Source of the DNA: Macrostomum lignano
Lineage: Eukaryota
DNA: 64,000 bases
NCBI GenBank assembly: GCA_002269645.1
Contig: NIVC01002274.1
Coordinates: forward strand, 62,001-126,000
Reading direction: 5' to 3'
Positions within the stretch are counted from its first letter, which is position 1. The number at the start of each line of letters is the position of its first letter. The translations under genes and the position numbers were made by a program. Below are positions 46,667 to 59,565 of this stretch, piece by piece. Below the pieces are notes generated by a model. That model did not search any database. It saw only the letters and a program-made list of their open reading frames with translations, and was not told where the DNA came from.

Positions 46667-49600
46667 TTAATTGCCGCAGGTGGCTCCCCGGCCAGCTGGT
46701 GGCGGCAGGCGAACCACCAGCAGGTTCGGGTCTACGGAAGCGGCCGTAGAAACGGCAGCAGCAGCCGTCGGGGTCCCCACAGAGGCGGCCAGCGCCCGAC
46801 CTCGACCGTTGCTGCCACCGACAGGCCGATTGGCGCAGTTGCTACCGCCATTGCTACTGTGAGTAGCATTTGGAGCGCTGCCGGCTGGCCGATGGCCACA
46901 GAGCGACTCCCGCGACGATGTGTTGGACTCGCTGCTGCCTTCGGGCGAGGCCGCGCCGCCCCGGGACCCGGACGGGCCGATGGGAGCCCGCCTGGGGGGC
47001 TGAGGCGCCGATGACGAGGAGGAAGAGGAGGCGGTGCCCAGCCTCGGCTTCGAGCGTCCGGACGGTGGCGGCAGCGGCGAGGAGGCAGGCGGCGGAGCTG
47101 CGGGATGGACGTGTGGGTTTTTTAACTCAGACTGAGGCTTGCCAGACTTCAAACAATTCAATAGGCGAGCTGCTACGCACTGGCAAGGATGCCTGACGGG
47201 TGCCGCAATTGAAGTTGCTGCTGAGGCTGCTGCACCGGAGGCGGCGGCGGAGGAAAGAACTCGCAGTCAACGGAGCTGGCAGCGCCAAGCACTCCACCAC
47301 CGTTAGCGTGCACTACCTGCACCTGCGACTGCTGCTGGTACTGCTGCTGTCTGACAGCGGAATCGTCCGGTTCTGGGTGGAGTGAAAGGCAAAATAACCA
47401 TGGACATACTTGTTGGTGTTTATTATATATTTATACCCAGTCCCTGGTGGGGAGGGGCATGAGGACCGGAGCCCTAAGACACAGAAAGTGTGCATGCCTG
47501 ACGATTTGAGTCATGAGTGGTGCCTGCGTACAGTATTGACGCGCTTGGGAATCGCCCCAGAGCTGAATGCGACACTATGTCGCAGAAGTATTATTATTAT
47601 ACCTGCTCCAGACACTGTCCATAACCCTAACCCCAGCCGCAGCCTTACCAGCTCCAGCGCTGTCGCAGATGGCCTTCAGCCGGGTGTGCAGCTCAGCAAA
47701 CGCTGGCCGCTGCTCCGGCTGCCACTGCCAGCAGGCCAGCATCAACTGGTAGACGCTGTCTGGACAGTCAGCGGGCCGCTGCATCCGGTGTCCACTCTCC
47801 AGCAGCCGGTAGACGTCAGTGAGCTCAACTCTGGGATAAGGAGAGCAACCGAAAGTGGCAATCTCCCACAGTAGCACGCCAAACGACCAGACATCCGACC
47901 GGCTGGTGAACTGATTATAAGCCAGGCCCTCCGGCGCTGTCCATTTAATGGGAAACTTTGCGCCCCGCTTGGCCACGTACGGACTGGCACCCTGCAGCCG
48001 GCGAGTCAGGCCGAAGTCCGCCACCTTCACAATGCAGTCCTGGCCAACTAGGCAGTTCCTGGCGGCCAGGTCTCTGTGCACGTAGGACTCGGACTCCATG
48101 TAGGACATGCCGCCGGCGATCTGGGTGGCCATGTACAGCAGGGCGTATGGGGCCAGCTGGCTGCGTTGGCTGCGCAGAAAGTCTAGCAGGCTGCCGTGCG
48201 GCATGAACTCGGCGATGATGTAGCATGGCGGCTCGCGGCTGCACACGCCTGTGGATTGCACGGGAACGGAGCTCTGCCATTGGCTAGGCGAAACTGCCAC
48301 CACAGACAGTCAGCTGGACTGAACTGCTACCATAGATGGGCTGAACTGCTACCATAGACAGTCAGTCAGCTGGGCTGAACTGCCACCATAGACAGTCAGC
48401 TGGGCTGAGCTGCCACCACAGAGAGTCAGCTGGACTGAACTGCTACCATAGACAGTCAGCTGGGCTGAACTGCCACCATAGACAGTCAGCTGGGTTTAAC
48501 TGCTACCATAGACAGTCAGCTGGACTGAACTGCTACCATAGACAGTCAGCTGGGTTTAACTGCTACCATAGACAGTCAGCTGGGTTTAACTGCTACCATA
48601 GACAGTCAGCTGGACTGAACTGCTACCATAGACAGTCAGCTGGGCTGAACTGCTACCATAGACAGTCAGCTGGGTTTAACTGCTACCATAGACAGTCAGC
48701 TGGGTTTAACTGCTACCATAGACAGTCAGCTGGGTTTAACTGCTACCATAGACAGTCAGCTGGGTTTAACTGCTACCATAGACAGACAGCTGGGCATCTA
48801 AAGCTAACTTACCCAATATTTGCAGCAGATTAGGATGCCTCAGATGCTTCATAATGTGAGCTTCGGCTAGAAAATCATTCACTTTAGTTGACATGTCCTC
48901 CTGAAATTTGATGGAGTGAAAACATAGATGTTAATAAATATTCTAACTTGTACGAGGTTTTTGAATAACATTGCAGTAGACAGTTCTAGTAAAAAAGTCC
49001 AGTTTAACAATAATATATCGCTTCTTGCAGTCAATTTTAAACTTTGGGCTTTCAAAAGTTGACACGGAGACCATGTGGCTTCGCCTAGTCAAAGTAGTCT
49101 ATGGCCCAAACCAAAATGGCTAGAAAGCGCAATCAGTTTTCCACACCCTGTAAGCAGAGGACTTCATGAAAAAATGAGCGGAATTTTGTCTATGGCCAAG
49201 CTATACTGGGACCATTCAATGCAGAAGCTTTTCTGAGAGGCTTTGATCAGTTTACAGACAATAAGCTGTAAACTTAAGTAAGACCACAAAGACTTGATTG
49301 ACTGACACGTTGTCTGCTCTCCGATGGCAGAGGTTCAACCTAAACAAAGCCAAAATGCCAAGATTAGCGATGAAACGCGGTAACTCATCATTCATTTACA
49401 CAAACGGGGAGACACAGTACACTTTAGGACTTGCCAAGATCTTCTGGTTTTATATACGAGTGGAAAATTGATTGCAAAAAGCGATGTTAGCTCGTAATTA
49501 GAATTCACAGGCCTAACGCGGCATATCAAGTTTCTGTACAAAGCAGCTGAAATTCAATGCACAATTTGACCAGAACTGGGCTGGGTCCATTTTGCCTCAC

Positions 49601-51498
49601 GATATTGTGGCGGCGAACTTAGATCCATTATTATAAGCACATTTTCATACTTCTGTACGAGACTAAAAGAAAAACAGCACAGAACAGAAAATCTTCTTTA
49701 GCAGCAATAGCTCTTCAACTTGTTGAATTGCACCAAAGCCTGTTTTGTTAGCCCTTGAAAAGCATAAAACACCTGAAGTGACGCAAACTTGACTGCCTAG
49801 TCAGTCGGCTTACCTTGACCGTCTTCACCGCCACAGTGAGGTTGCCGCACCGTTTCCACACGGCCTGATAGACGTCGCCGTATTGGCCAGCGCCCAGCTT
49901 CTGCTGCATCACCAGCTCCGTGCGCTCCACCTCCCAGGTGTCTTCGCTGCCAGGCTGGCAAAGCAGAGGGTTGGGGGGGGGGGTCTGGTTTATTGAGCGT
50001 GAACTCCCTCCCTGTGATTGGGAAATTTTCCCCCAAAAATACCTAGGCAAACTCTGGCTTCGTCTTTTCTAATAGGTTTTAGCTAGCAGATGTGGGCCCT
50101 GACGTTTGAGGTTATTGCTTTACTGCCATCCAGAGGAGGTCAAGGGGTCACCTGCCCCCCCCCATCTAGCGATAATGAATGGGGAAGTCTTGTTCCCTGA
50201 GGAAAAAATCTGGACTACCAGAGGACAAAGACCAATAGAAGACCATGGCTAAACACGGGATAGCTGAGATGCCATTATTGATCAGTGTGAAATGCTGAGA
50301 TATCAAGGATCAAGGGGGAGTCGCTAAGATTGAGGGGGAGGGGGGGGGGCAAAGGGGAATTCTAGAGATTCCAATGCTCAAAGGACGATGCTGATATCAT
50401 AGGCTTGAGAGCTCGATATCAGAGGGTCTGAGGATCTGAGGGCCCAGGATTCGGGCTTGCATCATGATAGATGGACAATTTAATTCTACCTGCAAAGCAT
50501 TGGCTCGCCATCGCTTCGGCGCCGGGTACAGCAGCAGGCAGACGATGCCGTCGGCTTGTACAGCGTGGTGCTGCACCAACTGGCACAGGCTGGGGAACGC
50601 GTGCTCGGCCGTAACAAAATAGCCGCCCTCAGAGTTGCGGTTGATCCGATAGTGAAATACGCGCCCGTTGCAGCGGACGCTGACGCTCAGCTGGCCGGGC
50701 TGGGACTCGCTGTCGCGCACCAGGAAGCTGCCGTTGATGCCAGAGCTGAGCAGGTACTCTGCAGTGCGCCTGCTCACCTGGGGGGAGGGGAGGGTAACAT
50801 TTCCAGATACTGCGGCTAGAAGTTAGAAGTTCACTGAGTTCACTGAATGTACTTTATTACTGTTGGTGAATTGGCTTTGACATTATCGATATTGTTGGTG
50901 AATGGGCTTCCGTATCGATACTGTTGGTGAATGGGCTTCCGTATCGATACTGTTGGTGAATGGGCTTCTGTACCGATACTGTTGGTGAATGGGCTTCCGT
51001 ATCGATACTGTTGGTGAATGGACTTTCATATCGATACTGTTGGTGAACGACAATTCTGCATAAATATTGTTGGTGAATGGGCCCTTCTACTGCTACGTGC
51101 TATAACGGTGACGATTATTCTGATTTTATTAACTAACTAATAACATACCTGTCCATGGTACCAGGTGAACAGGTGCAGATTACTCAGCTGCACTACATAA
51201 TTAGTTGGCACCCAGCCTCGCCTACGGCTAACTGGACTTTCAACTTCTGACCAATCGCCGGGCCCGCCCAGCGCAGTCAGCCGGAGCTGCTGGCCCCGAC
51301 GGATTGACAGCTGGCCCTCGTGAGTGGCCACAAAGTCTAAGACGGCTACTACCAGAGACTGCTGCTGTTGCTGTTGTTGTAGCTGTTGCTGCTGTTGTTG
51401 TTGTTGCTGTTGCTGTAGAGGCAGATTGCGACCAGTTGGTTGTGGCTCCGAGCCAAGAAACGACTGCCAGGTTGGTGGACGCTGACCAGATGAGCCGT
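46667..51498 (-). CDS. ABL: Abl-family non-receptor tyrosine kinase (SH3-SH2-kinase, Pro-rich tail). Exons 51498-51149, 50777-50490, 49954-49814, 48900-48813, 48248-47649, then less certain exons ~47372-47183 and 47097-46667
   Basis: SH3 [16 protein letters not shown]...GWVPTNY; SH2 WYHG|[25 protein letters not shown]; kinase [41 protein letters not shown]. The 88-nt exon ([29 protein letters not shown]) is absent from the ORF track but completes the N-lobe in phase. Confidence 0.92.
48300..48790. repeat. 30-bp minisatellite (TAGACAGTCAGCTGGGCTGAACTGCTACCA) in an Abl intron
   Basis: Period 30 read directly. Confidence 0.95.
50860..51080. repeat. 29-bp minisatellite (GATACTGTTGGTGAATGGGCTTCCGTATC) in an Abl intron
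   Basis: Period 29 read directly. Confidence 0.9.
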
Positions 51499-52143
51499 CT
51501 GTACAGTGAAAATAAAAAACAGACTATTAATAGCAGTGATTGGCCGAAATCAATGGTATTAATTATTATTGAGGAAATTATACTAATTCTATTTTTCTGC
51601 ATTAAGGTTCTGAAAATTCTATACTTTATCAGAGATTTCCGGTTCCTATATATCACAGGGAGCACTATAAAGTTCCAACTACACTTAAACAGGAACTGAA
51701 CTTCACTTTCTACCTCACATGGCAATTTAGGCAAGTATTATTAACAATCTAGTGCCCCCTTTGGGGTGGCCAATTCACAAGGGACAAAAAATATGTAGAT
51801 GATTTATGTATCTAGATGAGGGATGCCATAATATACACAAGAAGGGCACCAGCCACCATAATATACATCAGCCTAGTGTTCCACTGTAGCTATGGCTACA
51901 GGATCTTATGGCAAATACATGTATGGTAAAACAGGTGCCTACAGCAACTACGCTTGTATGGATACGTCTATGGTAAATAGCTGCTCTCACAGCTATGACT
52001 ATGGGAATATGGTAGTTGTTGTCACATTCGGTAGATTCCTGTAGACATAGTTACGAGTATTAATTAAAAAAATATTAGAAACAGGTACAGTAAAACAAAG
52101 ATACTTTGGTAAACTGTATTATAGACTTAGAAACTTACTAGAG

Positions 52144-54783
52144 CATGGGTCCCCAACCTGCGGCCCGCGGGCCGCATGCGGCCCGCGAGCCCTTTTTGTG
52201 CGGCCCGCGGCACCTTCCAGTAGTTTGCATTACATGCGGCCCGCCGAGTCTATCACTGGATTTCACTGCGGCCCCCGAAAATGTTAAAGTTTTCCTAGCT
52301 GTATTGAAAATATGCCCAGAAATCTCTTACCCCCCAACCGCTAGAAGCGACGCTTCAATTCATTTGGATTGCTATTTTAGCCACTCCTAGCGCACAAATG
52401 TACATGCAGTCAAGAGTTGAAGTGAAAAGTAGGAAGGAATGCTAGCTAATATCAATAAGGTTCAAGGCAAAGGAGGTGGGGGTTGGGGTAAGGGCTCTAC
52501 TGCCTCTCTCTCTCTCATGAAAGCTAGTTTAGTTCAGTCGATATTTTCTCTCCCCCACAGTGCGCTGATTCAACCTCCGCTGATTCAACCCCTCACCGCT
52601 TCAAACCTCTCTCTCCATATCTGGCTACGCATGCGTGGGGAAGGGGAGTGACGCACAACACAACCCCCCACTTTCCCTCCCCCCGCACTAGTATATTCTC
52701 GCTAGCAGTTTATTGGCTGCTTCTTTCTCACTGTACAATGAAACGGCCTGACGGGTCTGCGGCCCAAAGCCTCGCTGGGGTGGCATTTCGTCTCTAGTCC
52801 AGCCCATAGTTCTTGTAACCAATAGAAACTTATCGATTTTTCTTCTACACCCTTTTTCATGGGTGTACATTGTTTATTGGCCCTTAAATGCCAGTAGAGT
52901 TCCTTAAAATGGTGGACCAGTAGCAAGGAGTAACTCTATAACTCAGTAACTCTATAGTTCCAGATGGCACACGCTGCAAAAAAGAGGAAGATCGCGGAGG
53001 AGAAGCGCTCCTTTAATGCCGACTGGTGTCAGTTCTTTTTCGTGGAGCGCAAGGGGAAGCCGCTGTGTGTCATCTGCCAGGAGACGATCGCCGTATGCAA
53101 GGAGTTCAATGTGAAGCGGCACTTCACCACGAACCATGCCAAGTTTGTGGACATGCCGGAGGACAAGCGCAAGACTGAGTTCACTCGCTTGGCAGCCAAC
53201 TTGGACCGGCAGAATGCCCTCTTTAAAAAGCCTGTGAATCTGGCTCAATCTGCCGCAATCCGCAACACGCGCGCCAGCTACCGAGTTGCCCACCTGGTAG
53301 CGACCCAGCTAAAGCCCTTCACCGACGGGGCATTTGTAAAGGAGTGCATGATGGCCGCTGTAGAGGAAGTCTGCCCAGAAAAAAAGGATCTCTTCACCAA
53401 CATCAGCCTCTCTGCTTCCACCATCACTCGCCGCATTGAAGAGATGGCAATCGACATTCGTTCAACGCTTAAGCAGCGCTGCCACAGTGCACGTTTCTTC
53501 TCCATTGCCCTCGACGAGTCTACCGACGTCAAGGACACAGCTCAGCTCGCCATCTTCTTTCGTGGCGTCACGGACACCTTTGACGTAGTGGAAGAATTCG
53601 TCCGGCTGATGCCGATGCAAGGAACCACCACTGGTGCCGACATCCTGCAGTGCGTGCTAAAGTTGGTGCAGGAATTCGAGCTGGATCTATCACGCCTGTG
53701 TGCCATTACCACTGACGGTGCACCTGCCATGGTTGGGCCAACCAAGGGCTTTGCTTCCCTCCTGGTAAAGCACTGCCGGGACCAGGGACATATGCAGGAC
53801 ATCATGCGCATCCACTGCATCGTACACCAAGAAGTCCTCTGTGCAAAGTCGACCACCATAACGTCCGTTATGGGCGTCGTGGTGAAGGCGGTGAATTTTG
53901 TGCTAGCTCGGGCCCTGAATCACCGCCAGTTCCGGGACTTGCTGTCAGAGGCCAAAGCACAGTATGGGGACCTTCTCTATTACTGTGAGGTGCGCTGGCT
54001 CAGCCGCGGGAAGATGCTGCAAAGAGTCTTCGATCTGAGGGAGGAGCTAGCCGACTTCTTGGATTCAAAGGGAGCTGCTGTCCAGGAGTTCACTGACCCA
54101 GCGTGGGTGCAAGACCTCGCCTTCCTTGTTGACCTGACTGGGCACCTCAACACCCTGAACACCCAGCTGCAAGGCCGTGGCGTCCTTGTGCCAGACATGA
54201 TAAACAAGATCAAGGCATTCGAGACCAAGCTCAGGCTGTGGGAAGCACAGATAAAGAATCGAGAGCTCACACACTTTCCCAACCTTGCAACTTTCGAGCT
54301 GACTAATTCAGCTGCCCAGAAGTACGCTGACGCCCTTTCGGACCTGAGGGACGAGTTCGCCAACCGCTTCTCGGAGTTGCGAGCGAATTCAATGGAGCTG
54401 AAGCTATTCAGCAGCCCTTTCGACCTGGATGCTGATGAAGTGCCTGCCAATCTGCAGATGGAGCTCATTGAGCTTCATTGTTCTGACGAGCTCAAAGCAA
54501 AGTTCGGCTGCACCTCCCCAATGGGATTTTGGAGCCAGGGCATCAAGCCTGCTGACTTTCCAGGCCTCGTCCTACACGCCACGAAGATTGCTGCCATGTT
54601 TGGTTCTACATACGCATGTGAACAGCTCTTCAGCCGAATGAAGCTGACCAAGAGCAAAACTAGAGCGCAGTTGACTGACGGCCACCTCGAAGATGCACTG
54701 CTGCTCGCTGTTTCGTCGATCAAGCCAAATGTTGAACTGCTGTCGAAGGATAAGGAGCACCAGCCATCTCATTGATTTTGTAA
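52144..54783 (+). mobile_element. hAT DNA transposon of Buster/SPIN type; left end present, right end not found
   Basis: Left TIR CATGGGTCCCCAACCTGCGGCCC with GCGGCCC subterminal repeats, preceded by TACTAGAG (Buster-type nnnTAnnn site). No matching right TIR in the window. Confidence 0.8.
52964..54775 (+). CDS. Intact 603-aa hAT transposase (SPIN / GTF2IRD2-like)
   Basis: N-terminal zinc finger CVIC...KRHFTTNH; catalytic ALDESTD, TTDGAPAM, CEQLFS; HCIVH; EVRWLS; C-terminal dimerisation region. Confidence 0.92.
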   Translation: MAHAAKKRKIAEEKRSFNADWCQFFFVERKGKPLCVICQETIAVCKEFNVKRHFTTNHAKFVDMPEDKRKTEFTRLAANLDRQNALFKKPVNLAQSAAIRNTRASYRVAHLVATQLKPFTDGAFVKECMMAAVEEVCPEKKDLFTNISLSASTITRRIEEMAIDIRSTLKQRCHSARFFSIALDESTDVKDTAQLAIFFRGVTDTFDVVEEFVRLMPMQGTTTGADILQCVLKLVQEFELDLSRLCAITTDGAPAMVGPTKGFASLLVKHCRDQGHMQDIMRIHCIVHQEVLCAKSTTITSVMGVVVKAVNFVLARALNHRQFRDLLSEAKAQYGDLLYYCEVRWLSRGKMLQRVFDLREELADFLDSKGAAVQEFTDPAWVQDLAFLVDLTGHLNTLNTQLQGRGVLVPDMINKIKAFETKLRLWEAQIKNRELTHFPNLATFELTNSAAQKYADALSDLRDEFANRFSELRANSMELKLFSSPFDLDADEVPANLQMELIELHCSDELKAKFGCTSPMGFWSQGIKPADFPGLVLHATKIAAMFGSTYACEQLFSRMKLTKSKTRAQLTDGHLEDALLLAVSSIKPNVELLSKDKEHQPSH

Positions 54784-54844
54784 CTAGAGCGTTATGGACA
54801 AGCATTCAAGCATATACAAACCTTAGAGATTTAGTATATTTAGA
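54784..54844 (-). mobile_element. 61-bp Helitron-like mini-element (A|TC...CTAG|T)
   Basis: Minus strand reads A|TCTAAATATACTAAATCTCTAAGGTTTG...AACGCTCTAG|T and shares a 24-bp core with 15783/15841. No 3' hairpin seen. Confidence 0.4.
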
Positions 54845-55095
54845 TAGGTTATACCTAATAAGTACAATAAAACACTAGCAAACTCTAACTTTTATCAATG
54901 TAAAAAAGTTTAGCATTAGTATTAGTAATTTCAGTAGTGATTAAGTATTGTTACTCTTTGTAAAAAGGATTAAATATAATCTTACAAAAGCAATCGAGCG
55001 TTTGTTTTATTTTATTTTTTTATTTGCAGTTGTTTAAGCACTAGGTTATCTTCTTGATTCAAAATATTTTGTTTCCTAGACTTTTTGTTAAAACT

Positions 55096-57963
55096 ATGGC
55101 TATGGCTACGACATCCCCGACTGGCAGTCCAACGTCACCTGTGCCCGCAAGGCCGATGGGAAGCTGCGCCTCTGCGTTGATCTGCAAAGCGTCAACAAGG
55201 CGATCATCCCGGACTCGATGTCACTGCCTACCTTTGCCGACCTGGTGACCGAATTCAACAATTCAAAGTTTTTCTCAAGGATCAACCTCAACCAGTCGTA
55301 TCTACAGCTGCCTCTGCATGATGACGCCAAGAACCTGACCTGCTTCCACACCGAATCCGGCCTCTACCAATTCAGACGGATGCCGTTCGGCATCAGCTCG
55401 GCTCCGGCGGCCTTCCAGAAGGTCGTCGGCAAGATCCTCCAAGGCATCAGAGGCGTCGTTCACTAACTATCAAGACGACATCGCCATTCACGCCGCTACG
55501 GAAGCCGAGCACGAAATTCGCGTACTTCAGGTACTGGACAAGCTGCTGCAGCATCGAGTAACCGTCAACCTCAAGAAGTGCACCTTCAAGGCGTCGGAGA
55601 TTGAGTTCGTCGGACACCGCGTCAGCGCAGCGGGAATTCAACCTCTCCAGTCGCACACCGAGTCCGTATCGAAACTCAAGGCACCCACAAATACGGCAGA
55701 GTTGGCTTCATTCCTCGGCTTTGCAAAGTTCTTCCAGTTCTACATCAAGAACCTGTCTCACGTCGCCGAGCCGCTGACAGCGCTCCTGCGAAGGACGCGC
55801 CATGGAACTGGGACTTGAAATGCGACGCAGCCTTCAGCGAGGTGAAGCGGCTCATCTCATCAGCACCGTGCCTGAAGTTCTTCGACCAAGATCACGAAAC
55901 CGTCGTCTCCTGCGACAGCAGCGACGTCGGCCTGGGCGCGACCCTGAGCCAAGTCGACGAGCACGGACAGCTGCGGCCAGTCGCCTTCGCCTCGCGAGCC
56001 CTATCCGACACTGACCGCCGCTACTCTGCGTCAGAGAAGGAGGCCTTGGCCTGCGTCTGGAGCTGCGAGCATTGGCACCTGCTGCTGTACGGTCGCAAGT
56101 TCAAGCTTCTCACCGACCATCAAGCGCTGATGACACTGCTGTCACCTCGAGGAGTCGGCCAACGACCTCTTCGACTTCAGCGCTGGTGCGAGCGACTCTT
56201 CGTCTACGACTTCGACATCGAGTACGTCCCCGGCAAGCTCAACGTCCAGCCCGACTTTCTGTCTCGCTACGGCTACGACGGCAAGAGCGCAGCCAACGAG
56301 TCCAATGAGCAGCACCAGAGCGAGTCCGACATCAACCTGGTGCTGGCCAGAAGCGCCGAGCCGATCTCAGTCACTCAACTGGCCGATGCAACCAAGAGCG
56401 ACAACCAACTGCAGCGAGTCATCGGGTTCCTCATCAACCGATGGCCAGCCGAGGTTCCAGCCGACCTGAAGGGCTTCCACCAGGTGCAACACGAACTCTA
56501 CCTGTGGAACGATGGTTGCTGCCTGGCGAGAGGCAGCCGAGCCGTCATCTCGACTGACCTCTGCGACCTTGTGCTGGCAGAGGCGCATCAAGGACATCTC
56601 GGCGTCGCCAAGGTCAAGGCGCGGTGCCGCGATACGGTTTGGTGGCCGCGCATCGACAGCAACGTGGAGGCCTTCGTGCGGAACTGCAGTGCCTGCGTCC
56701 TGTCCGAGAAAGCGTTCAAGCCGATCAAGGTCCCATGGTCAACGACGGAGCTACCAGCGGGTCCATGGCGACAGCTTCAAGTCGATATCGTTGGAGAGCT
56801 GCCGGAAGCCAATGTGCCTCAGTCCCATCGATTTTTCATCGTCATCCACGATCTCTACTCCAAGTGGCCTGAGATCATCGCATCCTCATCCGTGACTTCC
56901 GCTGCGTGTATCGAAGCCCTTCGCAGCCTGTTCGTCCGCTGGGCTTCCAGACGAAATTACCACGGACAATGGACCTCAGTTTGTGTCAACCGAGTTCACG
57001 GACTTCCTCAGCTCACTCGGCATCAAGCACCGTCGCACTCTGTTCTACTGTCCACAACAGAATGGCGGAGTCGAGAGGTTCAACGGCTTCATCAAGACGT
57101 CACTGCGCGCACTACTCGCCGACGGTGTGCCAGTGAAGCAGGCGGTTCAGGAGCTCCTGCTAGCGTATCGATTATCTGAGCACGCGCTGACCAAGAAGTC
57201 GCCGGCTGAACTGAGCTGGGACGGAAGCTCCGCCTGCCTCTCTATCGTCTTCAACCAGCACCGAGTCAACGACGGACCAGGAGCTGCAGTGCAGCGTCAC
57301 GGAGTGACAGCAGCAGGCCAAGAGCCGCCGCCGGATGCGCAAGCAGAACCAGCCGCTGAAGGACGCAGTGCTGACTGTCGGGAGCCGCGTCCACATCTGT
57401 CAGCCGAGTCGCGGAAAGCTCAGCAGCAGCGTCTCCGAGCCACAGACAGTCATCAGTCGCGAGGGCAACACAATCACCCTGACCAATGGCAGCCGCTGGC
57501 ACATCAGCCACTGCATCCTTGATGACCACCACGGCTGGGGTGATGGGGCCAATGACACAGAGGCTCTGCAACAGCCGGACGGTGGGCAACCAGAGGCACC
57601 ACTGCCAACGCCACTGCTGCGCTGCTCTGAGAGACTTTGTGAACCCCCTCAATGGTTCGGCAACATTGTGACTCACAATTGACTGACTTGACTAACTCAC
57701 TGCTCATGCACCAAAAACTGTTTCTTTGAAATTGCTTGCTTTAATGCATCTGCTTATTCCACCCATAATCTGTCACCTCTTTGCATGGGGGGATGATGTT
57801 GTGAATGTGCATGCTCAATGCTATTATGTAATGTACACGCAACAATGTACATCTACGCACTCCTATCATCATAATATATATTGGCTAGCTCACTATAGCT
57901 GAGAGCCACTTCTCCTTTGCCTTAAGTGAATTGATTTTATTCATTTGGCCAGCGGCCACAACA
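55096..57963 (+). mobile_element. Ty3/Gypsy LTR retrotransposon remnant: disrupted pol (RT, RNase H, integrase), PPT and 3' LTR; 5' part missing
   Basis: KADGKLRLCVD, RMPFGISSAP, disrupted YQDD, CDSSDVGLGA, YSASEKEALA, LLTDH, H-H-C-C zinc finger, QQNGGVERFN; several frameshifts. Confidence 0.9.
57797..57963 (+). repeat. 167-bp 3' LTR
   Basis: Begins TGTTGTG, ends CACAACA (7-bp inverted termini), immediately after the polypurine tract GGGGGGATGA (57787-57796). Confidence 0.8.
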
Positions 57964-59565
57964 GATGCCATAATTGCTAGCTACAAGGGAGACATTTGAA
58001 TTTGCCTCTAATCTTGAGCAATAATATATTAATAAATGGTCATTATATAGTAACAACAATTAATAGAATACAAAAGATTTTTCATTTTTAATGACTAATA
58101 CTACAACCATAATATAAATAAAATATTAACTTGAATAAATTATATAGGCTAATACTATATTATAATTAATGTTTTAATTAAAAAACATTTAAAAATATTA
58201 TTAAAAATAAAAAACTATTTGAAATTTTATTTGGTTTTAATTATATTTATATAATAATATAACCTAAGTTAAGTTGCTAAGATATTTTCCTCTATATTTT
58301 TATTTGCAATTGCATATCCCAATGATATCTATTAAGCTTAAAGGTATCATGACATGAGATCTATACTTTTTTCTCATACTAAGATTAAGAAATTTCAAAC
58401 TTTTTGAAGATTTTTAACCCTTGTCTTTGAGTCAAAACAAGCCCTATTGGAATAAGTTTTCAGACACTGTGGACAGTGCATCTAGTGCGCCATGGCAATC
58501 ATAAAGTGGCCTGGACGGTGCGTCATGACAATCTTCAAATCCTAAGGTGGTATGGACGATGTGTCATTCAAATCTTCAAATCCTAGGGTGCCATAGCACT
58601 CTAGGTTTAGGTGATATTGTGCATGACTCCAGTCTCTATCATGTTCATTCTGATGATGTATCACTCGTTTTTGAGAGATTTAAAGAGATTGAGAGAAAGT
58701 TGTGTGTTTTACCGCACTTGTGTTTTACTGCACTCTGTTCTGTACTGTACTTCTGCCCCTTCTGTTGTAGTTGTATCTATTTCTTAATTCTTAGTCTACT
58801 CGTCTTTTGACTTACAAAGTTACATTGTTGGTCTATTCAAAGAAAAATAAATAATGTAAATAGTGTGGCAATTGCATCAGTGAGTACTTAAAATAATTAC
58901 GAACACTGAAACCCTTTACTTCAATTTGGCTAATCGGTTAATACAAAATGAAGAAACTCCGTGATGAACAACACAGAGTTCACGAACAAACAAAATTGTC
59001 TTTGCCTTATCCACACACTTTTTCAGTAGTAGTTGTAGCACTTTGGCTCGGGTCGGGTTATCAAATCTGATAACTATTTAGCATGGTGTTTCGAAGAATA
59101 TTTTCACATTTAAATGTCAGCATAAATAAATGTACGCGCAACCAATCAAAAAGATAATTAAACAAAGCAGAAAATTTGTTGAGACTTTTAATAGAATTTA
59201 GTTTACTTTTTTATTTCTTGCAACTGCGTTATAAGAGAACATTAAGAGCAATTAGCATTTGGCACTATGTTATAATGTTTATGAGGCAATAAAGAACATT
59301 TCTGCTGCGATCTTTCAACTACAATTTCCAATTTTACGATTAACTTGCATGCATATTCTAGATGACACAGCAATCAATACATATGATAGGAGATATGCTA
59401 TACTATAGCCCATAGCAATATTATCAAAGTTATAGAAATTAGAAAAACAAGTTTTACTTACAGTTTGCTGAATTTCCACCGTGCTGCTGACTTTCTCCTG
59501 TGCATGCTTCTCATCCTTGTTCAGCAGCGCTGTATGTAGCGCGTGATGTCCTCCTTGCATCTTAC

